The position numbers and the translations under genes are program-made. A stretch of DNA of 27,274 nucleotides from a virus. Lineage: Duplodnaviria > Caudoviricetes. Positions 1-7,380 of this stretch are shown here, piece after piece. Location: positions 1 through 27,274 of the IMG/VR virus record IMGVR_UViG_3300032281_000328, one strand, 5' to 3'. The notes beneath the pieces were generated by a model. It did not search any database, was not told the origin of the DNA, and saw only the letters and a list, made by a program, of their open reading frames with translations. Every line of letters starts with the position of its first letter. The stretch's first letter is position 1.

Positions 1-976
1 CAGCCTTTGCAAGTTCCTTATCAGGACTCTTGTACTGGACTGGTAGTAGGTTTAGTCCTTCTTGGATGCCATAGTCTCCTACTGTCTCTGCTAATAGGAT
101 TGTGTTTGAGTATATGTCTGGTCTATCTATCCCCTGCAATTCCATGGCTGCTTTAATCTCTTCGTAAGATAGCAGGTGGATATCAAACTTATTAAATGTT
201 ATCTGACGATCTTCGCCATATAGGTAGTCAAGGCGTTCCATCATGTTGCCTTTTTTCTTTGACTTTTCGTATGTTGCATCTTTTACAAACTTGCCGTGTG
301 TGTTCATAAGCAACTTAAACTCTTGAACTTCTTTTTGAGATGAATCAACATGGTGGCAGTCTGGTGTTACAACAACCTTAATGCCAAACTCATCTGCAAG
401 TTCAATCAAATACTTATTGATGTGTGCTTCGTTGTGAGGCATGACTTCAATATAGTAGTCATCCTCAAAGCGTTCTTTGAACCAAGAGATATACTTCTTG
501 GCAAGAGCAAACTCTTCTTCTTCTAATGCTTTTACAAGTACGCTGCTTGGGCATGCAGAGGTTACGATAATTCCTTCTTTATATTTTTCCAAAATAGTAA
601 AATCAAATCGTGGCTTCTTAAAGAAACCATCTGTCCAAGATAACTCACTGATCTTGTTTAGATTTTCCAAACCAATTTGATTCTTGGCTAGAAGGATAAT
701 GTGATTATAGACAAGATCTTGTTGACCTTCTCTTTCAGACTTATCTCGTGTATCAGATATGTCTGCACACATGTATCCCTCTAGCCCAAGAATTGGCTTT
801 ATGCCCTTTGCTTTTGCAATACGGTGCAGTTCCCTATGCCCAGATAAAGTACCGTGGTCGGTGATAGCAATTGCTGGCATCCCCAACTCAACTGCACGGT
901 TCACGTATTCTTCTGGAGTAGCAATCCCATCAAACAAACTAAAATGGGTATGGACATGTAAGCCTACGTAGTTCAT
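1..976 (-). CDS. dnaE: DNA polymerase III alpha subunit (DnaE-type, C family), N-terminal PHP domain; runs off the left edge of the window
   Basis: Not in the ORF track because there is no stop in the window. Manual translation from ATG 976 gives MNYVGLHVHTHFSLFDGIATPEEYVNRAVELGMPAIAITDHG...KPILGLEGY...NHIILLAKNQIGLENL...KPRFD...VTSACPSS...YYIEVMPH...VTPDCHH, open to base 2. These are classic DnaE PHP motifs. It starts 1 nt after the SSB stop. Confidence 0.95.
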   Translation of the reverse strand, partial: MNYVGLHVHTHFSLFDGIATPEEYVNRAVELGMPAIAITDHGTLSGHRELHRIAKAKGIKPILGLEGYMCADISDTRDKSEREGQQDLVYNHIILLAKNQIGLENLNKISELSWTDGFFKKPRFDFTILEKYKEGIIVTSACPSSVLVKALEEEEFALAKKYISWFKERFEDDYYIEVMPHNEAHINKYLIELADEFGIKVVVTPDCHHVDSSQKEVQEFKLLMNTHGKFVKDATYEKSKKKGNMMERLDYLYGEDRQITFNKFDIHLLSYEEIKAAMELQGIDRPDIYSNTILLAETVGDYGIQEGLNLLPVQYKSPDKELAKA

Positions 977-977
977 C

Positions 978-1634
978 TTACCAATCAGCGTTGGTAGATG
1001 AAGTTACTGAAGGGCCGTCAAAGCCCAGGTAGAACGCTTCTTGTTCCGCATATGGAATCTTCTTTAGTGCTGACTCCAAAGGATAAGGTTCAATATCTTT
1101 CCAATCGAATGGTTCCTTATCTGGTGCTGATGGAATTAGTGTGTAATTGGTTTCAGTTCCCTGACCATTACGCTTTAACTTCCATATTACATTTGAGATG
1201 CTTCCTGTTTCAAGAGCATACTCACGAATTGTATTAAATGATGATTGCTTGCTAATACCCATTGACCAGATAGCAACATATGGTGCTTCAATGCCATCGT
1301 CAACTAGGACGTTGCAGTAGAAGCGAAGACGGCCACGCCATCCAGCCTTTGGATCTTTACGATGCATTTCTTCTGCCCAGTCACGGCCTTCTGTTTCCAT
1401 TGTGTCTACAGCCTTACGCTTGTAGTCCTTTGGATTTACGTGCTCCTTAACAACAAGTGCTAGTCCACGCTTTTCTGCATAGTTTGCAGAGTCCTCATCA
1501 AGTTCTTCAATGAATCGGATCTTTACAGACTGACCGTCTGCAAGTTTAAGCCACTTTACTTTTGGCCCGTCGTTTTCGTACTTTGGTCTGTCGAGCAGGG
1601 CGTTGATGTTCTTGATTCCCTTTACAATGCTCAT
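978..1634 (-). CDS. Putative single-stranded DNA-binding protein (phage gp32-like)
   Basis: 218 aa. WLKLADGQSVKIRF N-terminal pattern, KLKRNGQGTETNYTLIP pattern, short C-tail ending ADW. Lies between primase and polymerase, with SD AAGGAG. Family call is from pattern and synteny. Confidence 0.7.
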   Translation of the reverse strand: MSIVKGIKNINALLDRPKYENDGPKVKWLKLADGQSVKIRFIEELDEDSANYAEKRGLALVVKEHVNPKDYKRKAVDTMETEGRDWAEEMHRKDPKAGWRGRLRFYCNVLVDDGIEAPYVAIWSMGISKQSSFNTIREYALETGSISNVIWKLKRNGQGTETNYTLIPSAPDKEPFDWKDIEPYPLESALKKIPYAEQEAFYLGFDGPSVTSSTNADW

Positions 1635-1659
1635 ATTATTTCTCCTTTGTGTGTTTGTA

Positions 1660-2604
1660 TTAGTTTAGCATAGACTCTATGGTTTTGTCAAACGAAGAAC
1701 TTAAAGTCTTAATTTCTTCATCTGGCATATCGCCTATGTCTTTATATTGCTTATTTAGTTGTACAAGAGAAACACGAGATCCAAGTTTTTCAACTATCCT
1801 ATCTTTCATGTTTCCCCCTGCTTCGTCATTATCTGCAATAACAATAATGTTATTGAAATACTTTTGAAGCAATTCTATTTGTTTTCCTGATACATTAGCC
1901 CCCAGTGTTGCAACTGCTGGGATGTCTAATTGGTCAAGTCTGATTACATCAAACGAAGACTCTACTACATATACTATATCAGATTTCTTCACACGATGCA
2001 AGTTAAAAAGAGTTTTGCTTTTAGGCAAGCCTGGAGTATTCTTAAAGTCTTTACCCTCAATGGATCTTCCAACAAAACCAAGGGGTATGCCGTCTGGACT
2101 ATGAACTGGGACAGTAACCATATCTTGCTTTTCAGAATAGCCTAAAGAAAATTTAACACAAGACTGCTTATTTAGTTTACGATACTGAAAATAATTTTTG
2201 GCTCTATCAGATGCAAAAAGATTGTTATGAAGTCTTTTTATAATTAGTTCGTCAAATGGTTTGTATTGTTCTTCTTTGATAAGAGCACGATCAATCTCTG
2301 TAGCAAGATTACTTGCTTTTTCTTTACTTTTTATAAACCTTGCTGCCTCAAAATATGTTCTACCAGAGGTATGCATTACTAACTCTATTAAGTCTGCAGA
2401 CTTTTGACATGAGAAACAAAAGAACATTCCATTGGTTTTGTGTACTTCTGCTGCGGGGGTTCTGTGATTATTATGAAATGGACAAAATATTATAAAATCT
2501 GCATCTAGTTCTGACTCGACTGTTGTGCCTGATCCTGCAAGTACTCTTTTAACTTGCTCGGCTGTATAGGGACTAGGCTGGTTCCGTCTATTCCTGCTAT
2601 CCAT
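1660..2604 (-). CDS. dnaG: DNA primase (DnaG-like: CHC2 zinc finger plus TOPRIM)
   Basis: CPFH...CFSC zinc-binding domain, GFVGR, LFNLH, TOPRIM VVESSFD and IADND (DxD), KDIGD. At 314 aa it has no room for a bacterial helicase-binding C-domain. Confidence 0.92.
   Translation of the reverse strand: MDSRNRRNQPSPYTAEQVKRVLAGSGTTVESELDADFIIFCPFHNNHRTPAAEVHKTNGMFFCFSCQKSADLIELVMHTSGRTYFEAARFIKSKEKASNLATEIDRALIKEEQYKPFDELIIKRLHNNLFASDRAKNYFQYRKLNKQSCVKFSLGYSEKQDMVTVPVHSPDGIPLGFVGRSIEGKDFKNTPGLPKSKTLFNLHRVKKSDIVYVVESSFDVIRLDQLDIPAVATLGANVSGKQIELLQKYFNNIIVIADNDEAGGNMKDRIVEKLGSRVSLVQLNKQYKDIGDMPDEEIKTLSSSFDKTIESMLN
1662..1691 (-). promoter_or_regulatory. Sigma70/SigA-type promoter for ssb-dnaE, embedded in the last primase codons
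   Basis: Minus strand TTGACA (1691-1686), 18-nt spacer, TG-C-TAAACT (extended -10, hexamer 1667-1662). A short A/C-rich leader with AAGGAG follows, then ATG 1634. Confidence 0.7.
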
Positions 2605-2876
2605 TCGCTTTTCCTTTTCCCTGCGTAAACTCCGTGTACTGATAATTCAAATTCAAAAAAGTCTTTACTATCATTATACCGTAAAGTGAAGTCTGGGTCA
2701 ATGTCAATTCTTGGAACATACCCACTCAACCTCATCTCTGAAACTAGTAATCTTACGTATTCTATTTTTAATCTTCCAAGCAAAGCCTCGTCTTGGATTA
2801 TGCCACTGATATAAAACCTTTTAAGTGGCTTATGATGATAGAAATCTGGAGGTATGTTCTCCCTAGTTTGTGACAT
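2505..2876 (-). CDS. Hypothetical protein between helicase and primase
   Basis: 123-aa ORF that fills the gap after the helicase stop. Its 3' 100 nt overlap the primase start. No SD; TATAAT lies 5 nt upstream of the ATG. Confidence 0.75.
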   Translation of the reverse strand: MSQTRENIPPDFYHHKPLKRFYISGIIQDEALLGRLKIEYVRLLVSEMRLSGYVPRIDIDPDFTLRYNDSKDFFEFELSVHGVYAGKRKSEWIAGIDGTSLVPIQPSKLKEYLQDQAQQSSQN

Positions 2877-2882
2877 ACCATA

Positions 2883-4109
2883 TTATAACTGCTTATCTTC
2901 ATAGTCTTTGTATCTATAGTATCCCTTGTCAAAATCGCATTGGACTAGGAAGTCTCCCATGAATCCGTTACGATTCTTTCTAAAGGCGCACTCAATAATA
3001 TCGCTATTGGTTGCACGACCCAAAGCAAGAACCCAGTCCGCATCATAAGCAATCTGTCTAGACCATGCTGTCTGCCCTAGAGTAGGGACTGTGGAAAGGT
3101 CGTTGACATCGTCTGGGGTAGCAGAAGAGATAGCAATAATAGGTACTTCTTCACCTATAGCCATTAGTTTAAGTTCTCTTGAAAGGTTCTTCATTCGTAC
3201 CGTTTCATTATCTGACTTCTGATTAGGAGCCATTAACTGAAGGTAGTCAACGATCACAAAGTCTGGCTTGTACTGGTCAATCTTTCCACGAAGAACAGAG
3301 GGGTTAATTTCTCCACCCTGATCGTTTGAGATAATGTGAAACTCTGGTTTGCCTTGTAGATTTTTTTCATGCCATTCCTTAAGCATGTCCAACTCTATCT
3401 CTCCGTTACTTAATTTTCTGTGTGACCAACGGCCCTCACCCATAATAGTAAAGACACGATTACGGACTTCTGTTTCGCTCATTTCAAGGCTTATGACCAG
3501 TGGGCTACGACCCTGTTTCCAGGCCTGTACAGCGAAATAGAGAGCCAACCACGACTTTCCTATACCTGGGTATGCCAAGAAGACTCCTAACTGCCCTGGC
3601 ATAATTCCAGATGGCAGATAGTTATCAAATCCTGGCAAGCCAGTCTTGATGCCAACATGACCTAGGGCTTGTTGCTTCTTTACATTTTCAAAGTAAGCAA
3701 TCGCAGACTCTAGATCTGTGACATCAATATCACGAATAGCAGCAGTATTCTTTTTTAGTTCTGAAGTTTTTGTAATAAGATCATTTAGTGCAACAGTTCC
3801 CTGATTGTTTTGCACATTTGTTGCTGCTGATCTAATGATATCCTTTAGGCTATCATTTAAATACTCTCCTTGAAGTTCTTCAAGATGATGCTTTGTAGCA
3901 CCGACACCTGGGACTGGATCAAAGTCACGAAACTTTTCTCTTACTAAGTCTACTGGAGGAAGGGATGAGTTGTTCTCAAAATAAAGTCTTACAAAGTTCC
4001 AAATATCTCCGTGGGTTCTAAGAAGATTGTCTACGTTGGCCTGCAGAAGAACATGTATCTGCTTATCCTGAAGAACGGCAGTAATTAATTTTGACTCTGT
4101 ATTATTCAC
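2883..4109 (-). CDS. dnaB: Replicative DNA helicase, DnaB/SF4 family
   Basis: IKTGLPGFD, Walker A AYPGIGKS, SLEMS, Walker B VIVDYLQLM, LSRELK, YDAD, and the KNRNG arginine finger. GTG start with GGAG upstream. No intein. Confidence 0.95.
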   Translation of the reverse strand: MNNTESKLITAVLQDKQIHVLLQANVDNLLRTHGDIWNFVRLYFENNSSLPPVDLVREKFRDFDPVPGVGATKHHLEELQGEYLNDSLKDIIRSAATNVQNNQGTVALNDLITKTSELKKNTAAIRDIDVTDLESAIAYFENVKKQQALGHVGIKTGLPGFDNYLPSGIMPGQLGVFLAYPGIGKSWLALYFAVQAWKQGRSPLVISLEMSETEVRNRVFTIMGEGRWSHRKLSNGEIELDMLKEWHEKNLQGKPEFHIISNDQGGEINPSVLRGKIDQYKPDFVIVDYLQLMAPNQKSDNETVRMKNLSRELKLMAIGEEVPIIAISSATPDDVNDLSTVPTLGQTAWSRQIAYDADWVLALGRATNSDIIECAFRKNRNGFMGDFLVQCDFDKGYYRYKDYEDKQL

Positions 4110-4410
4110 TTAGCCACTCCTTTGCCATTCGTCTACGCTCTGCTCTTTCTTGATTGTCTTTTAGTCTATCTTTTTTTGCCTGTAATATTTTCTCTGCATT
4201 GTACGCAAAGTAATTCCATGATGGGGTTTCTGAAACAGCAAAGTAATACTCAAGTATCTCGTAGCATCCTGACAATGTGTAAGACTCAACAAGGGCATCA
4301 GATGCCCATTGTTCTACATTTAGGTTTAGAGATGGCTTTGACTCGTACCTTGCGGTATGATACTTGCTGTATCTTGAAAGCAAAGCCATACGGTCTTTGC
4401 GTTCAGCCAT
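4102..4410 (-). CDS. Hypothetical helical protein upstream of helicase
   Basis: 102 aa. TAATG overlap with the upstream ORF and 8-nt overlap with dnaB. Confidence 0.75.
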   Translation of the reverse strand: MAERKDRMALLSRYSKYHTARYESKPSLNLNVEQWASDALVESYTLSGCYEILEYYFAVSETPSWNYFAYNAEKILQAKKDRLKDNQERAERRRMAKEWLSE

Positions 4411-4619
4411 TACTTTTCTTCAGCCTCGGATTGTGCTTCTAAAATCTTAGCAGTTAGTTTGTCTTCAACAAACTTATAGACACGCTCAAAAGACTGATCT
4501 ACTGTCTCTCCATTACGTGAACTATCAACAACACCAAGATCAAGCCTTAGTGATTGAAAATTTCCTAGATTTAATGTGTACCCTAGTGTTACAGATACTT
4601 TTGTTGGTTCGTTTTCCAT
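4410..4619 (-). CDS. Small hypothetical protein (TLNLGNFQSLRLDLG motif); start revised to ATG 4619
   Basis: The track start at 4700 lies inside the HTH gene. ATG 4619 (MENEPTK..., 69 aa) follows the upstream stop and has GAAGGG in front of it. Confidence 0.75.
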   Translation of the reverse strand: MENEPTKVSVTLGYTLNLGNFQSLRLDLGVVDSSRNGETVDQSFERVYKFVEDKLTAKILEAQSEAEEK

Positions 4620-4632
4620 GCTATACCCTTCG

Positions 4633-5175
4633 CTAAATAGATTCGCCCCAAATGGGAACAAACCGTCCATCTTCTGTTCTTCTATATGTAAGTATACCAT
4701 CGCCCATCCTGCGTGTCAACTCTTGCTTGCTGGGCGTAATATCATTAGTTATTAATTTATCTTTTCTTGGTCTACCAATATGGTATGAAGCAAGTATATC
4801 ACGGATCTCTCTGACTTGCGATTCTGAGTAATACGACCTTACTTGAAAGCCTCTTGCTCCACCCTTTTGAGATCCCGTTGGAAAAGGAATGACTCTTCGT
4901 TTCATTAATGATGGCATATATTTTTTATGACGATTAACTAAATCAGCAGTCTGCCCTACTGTGTATGCTCGTTCTCTTTTATTTTTAAAATCACTAATTA
5001 AACAACTTTCAATCTGATCCTTTGTAATATTATAAACAGACATAATCCCATTAGACTTGTTCAGATGATGTATTCTTACTAGGTCTCCATTAAGAAACCA
5101 AACCTTTTTATTCCCTGGAATTACAGGGAGGACATTGTAGCCTTCGCTCTCAATTGTTCCCTTTTTAATAGCCAT
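4633..5175 (-). CDS. Putative DNA-binding protein with MerR-like helix-turn-helix
   Basis: AYTVGQTADLVNRHKKYMPSLMKRRVIPFP...RSYYSESQVREIR matches the MerR/excisionase winged-HTH pattern (Y-T-x-x-x-A...R-x-Y-S-x-x-x-V). It has a beta-rich N-terminal extra domain and SD AGGAGG. Confidence 0.65.
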   Translation of the reverse strand: MAIKKGTIESEGYNVLPVIPGNKKVWFLNGDLVRIHHLNKSNGIMSVYNITKDQIESCLISDFKNKRERAYTVGQTADLVNRHKKYMPSLMKRRVIPFPTGSQKGGARGFQVRSYYSESQVREIRDILASYHIGRPRKDKLITNDITPSKQELTRRMGDGILTYRRTEDGRFVPIWGESI

Positions 5176-5312
5176 CGGCCCTCCTGAGAATTACTTGGTG
5201 GATGAAAGAATGCTCGTGATCCACAAGACATGCAGTACATCTCTAAATTATTTATTTCGGTATACTGTCTATCTATAAACATTCTACCTTTACATTTTTT
5301 ACAAAAAATCAT
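5121..5312 (-). CDS. Small zinc-ribbon protein
   Basis: 63 aa with CKKC...CMSC. TGATG coupling to the upstream gene and a 55-nt overlap with the HTH gene. Confidence 0.75.
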   Translation of the reverse strand: MIFCKKCKGRMFIDRQYTEINNLEMYCMSCGSRAFFHPPSNSQEGRWLLKREQLRAKATMSSL

Positions 5313-5758
5313 CAGTTAGGGATACCTATTGCAATAAGGTTAATGCCAACACTTGTTATTCCGCCAATATTGAACTTGATTGATCCCTCTATGCTTGAAG
5401 TGGTTACGCTAGAAAGAGTAACTACAACATCTTTTCCAGCGTCAGAGGAAGTTCCAATGCTCACAGGAGTTGCTGTTACAATTGGAATAAACTTAAACTC
5501 AGTTGGGAAAGAATAAGAAAATGTACGAGATGAGCCAGCAGTCTGGCTTTCACCATTTGTAACTCTAACATAACCACCAATAACTCTTGCCTCTGAAGTC
5601 TTAACGCTTTGCTTGCCTGCATTTGGTGTATCAACAGTAACATACTTATTAACAGATGTAGAAGCCTGAGTTGATAAATCATTAACAGCCTTAACAATCT
5701 GATAGATGTAGGTTACGTCTAAGGGCTGTCCTCGTTCTGGTACGGGTAAAATTGCCAT
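5312..5758 (-). CDS. Putative minor tail/fibre-tip protein with H-type-lectin/gp53-like C-terminal domain; start revised to ATG 5758
   Basis: MAILPVPERG... 148 aa. Short N-terminal helix, then FSYSFPTEFKFIPIVTATP...INLIAIG, which resembles the F-x-x-x-F-x-x-x-P-x-V...IAIG fibre C-terminal fold. The track start at 5794 overlaps the upstream gene, while 5758 sits 6 nt after a -10 box. Confidence 0.55.
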   Translation of the reverse strand: MAILPVPERGQPLDVTYIYQIVKAVNDLSTQASTSVNKYVTVDTPNAGKQSVKTSEARVIGGYVRVTNGESQTAGSSRTFSYSFPTEFKFIPIVTATPVSIGTSSDAGKDVVVTLSSVTTSSIEGSIKFNIGGITSVGINLIAIGIPN

Positions 5759-5773
5759 AATATAATTATACCA
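5759..5773 (-). promoter_or_regulatory. Extended -10 promoter predicting a leaderless mRNA
   Basis: TGG-TATAAT-TATATT-ATG. No SD and no -35. The hexamer overlaps the upstream stop codon. Confidence 0.65.
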
Positions 5774-6203
5774 GACTCTCAGTTCCAGAATCATAAATAG
5801 TTAATGATGGATTAAATGTTGGATTTATTGAAGATACTTGAACAACAGCCCTAACTGAAGTTGTTCCAGTTTTTAAAAATGAATAGTTAGTCGATCCAGT
5901 TGTTGCTCTATATGTTGGATTAGCAGAGTCAAAGCCAACAAAAATATCATATAGTATTTGTGTAGAAAGATTTCCAGGGTCCCAACTAAGAAACAAAGTA
6001 TTTCCCAATTGTCTTAAATCTCCAGTACCAGCCTCAACCTCTTCTGATTGAGTAAAGACTATTGGAGAATAAGCAGACTTTCTGTTCTTATCTTCTGCAA
6101 CTATTCTAAATCTTAGAACAGTTTTGTTATTTCCTGTCACCTTTCCTAGTGACTGTTTTTTAATAACAACATTTTTAATTCCAGGATCTGGTGTAATTGG
6201 CAT
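5766..6203 (-). CDS. Minor tail protein with fibronectin type III-like beta domain
   Basis: 145 aa, beta-rich, with the LFLSWDP...YDIFV...ATTGSTNYSF FN3-like pattern. Located in the tail tip cluster. Confidence 0.5.
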   Translation of the reverse strand: MPITPDPGIKNVVIKKQSLGKVTGNNKTVLRFRIVAEDKNRKSAYSPIVFTQSEEVEAGTGDLRQLGNTLFLSWDPGNLSTQILYDIFVGFDSANPTYRATTGSTNYSFLKTGTTSVRAVVQVSSINPTFNPSLTIYDSGTESLV

Positions 6204-6205
6204 GG

Positions 6206-7369
6206 CTAAACGTCCAGTGCAAATCTAAACTCAATGTAGTTTGTTGTATTTGCTGATTTTATGATTGGTCTAGACTGTACATTTTTAATTACAGAGTACC
6301 CAGTTAAACCGTATAAAGAATTTGTTGCTGTATTATTTTCAACTCTTAGCGCATCTAGACAAACATAAAAAGAATCAGATGGCAAACTATCTTTAGTAAC
6401 AGTAACAAAAATCTTTGCTGTTGTAACCTCAGCCCAGTTAAATCTTAAACTTTTGTCTAATTCTTGAAAAGTTTTACTTACAACAACATACCTATTGTTT
6501 TGAAAATTATGTTCGTTTACAGATGTTCCACTTACGTATCCTGTGTTATCAATGTCTACTTCAAAGTTTGCATACTGAACGCCTAAATTAGATACAGTGT
6601 GAGAAAACTGCAAAAGTATTTTAACATTATCTGGAACAACTAAAGAGTTTGCAGTTTTATTAACAACAGAAAATGCAAGTTTGAGTTCGTCTAACGGACT
6701 ATTTTTTGTAAAATCAATAACTGTTGGATCTAAAATAATATAATCTGAACCAGTTGTTCCAACCATATTTCCCTGTGGATTATAAGAAAGAGTTGACGTG
6801 TCACCTCTCATTGCAATAATGTTATTTAAAAATCTACATCTTTCATTTCGACCAACTCTATCTTCATCTGTAAAAATTCTATTGTCTGCATTTGTTGCAA
6901 AAACCTTTGGTGTCTGAATGATGTTTCCGTTATTACTTTCTCCATCTAGAGGACCATATTCTACAAAAATGTTAGTAGGAGATTCTCCATCGATACTGTA
7001 TCTCCAGTTGTCTGTATCTGAAAAAGAGTAAACCACTCTGCTATCAAATGCTCGTGCTGCTGGATTTGATGCTGCAGAAAATATACCTACTTCGGTAATC
7101 TCGTATCTTTCTTGGGTTGGAAGTTCTGCGGTAAGCACAACCTTTGACAACCCGTCCTCATCAACAAAGCCTCTAGATACAATAGGCATGCGAATCATTT
7201 CAAATTCTAAAGACTCTTTATTTTTCATGGCCAGTAACTCGGCAGGACTAAATGTATAGTCAGAGGCAACTGGCTTTGTTCCGCAGCCTATGGCAATATG
7301 AGATGCATAGGATGTGGTCTGCCCAACAAGGTATTTTGCCAAGATGTTTTTGCCTACATTAGTTATCAT
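6206..7369 (-). CDS. Minor tail/baseplate protein, tail-collar/fibre-attachment-like N-terminus with a large internal beta domain
   Basis: MITNVGKNILAKYL...HIAIGCG...YEITEVGIFSA resembles the DUF3751/P2 gpH N-terminal pattern. SD GGGGAG. Confidence 0.6.
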   Translation of the reverse strand: MITNVGKNILAKYLVGQTTSYASHIAIGCGTKPVASDYTFSPAELLAMKNKESLEFEMIRMPIVSRGFVDEDGLSKVVLTAELPTQERYEITEVGIFSAASNPAARAFDSRVVYSFSDTDNWRYSIDGESPTNIFVEYGPLDGESNNGNIIQTPKVFATNADNRIFTDEDRVGRNERCRFLNNIIAMRGDTSTLSYNPQGNMVGTTGSDYIILDPTVIDFTKNSPLDELKLAFSVVNKTANSLVVPDNVKILLQFSHTVSNLGVQYANFEVDIDNTGYVSGTSVNEHNFQNNRYVVVSKTFQELDKSLRFNWAEVTTAKIFVTVTKDSLPSDSFYVCLDALRVENNTATNSLYGLTGYSVIKNVQSRPIIKSANTTNYIEFRFALDV

Positions 7370-7380
7370 TAATTACTCCC

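Noticed and set aside
2903-2932. TTGACA near the end of dnaB
   Set aside because: No acceptable -10 at 16-18 nt spacing. It is explained by Phe-Asp-Lys codons.
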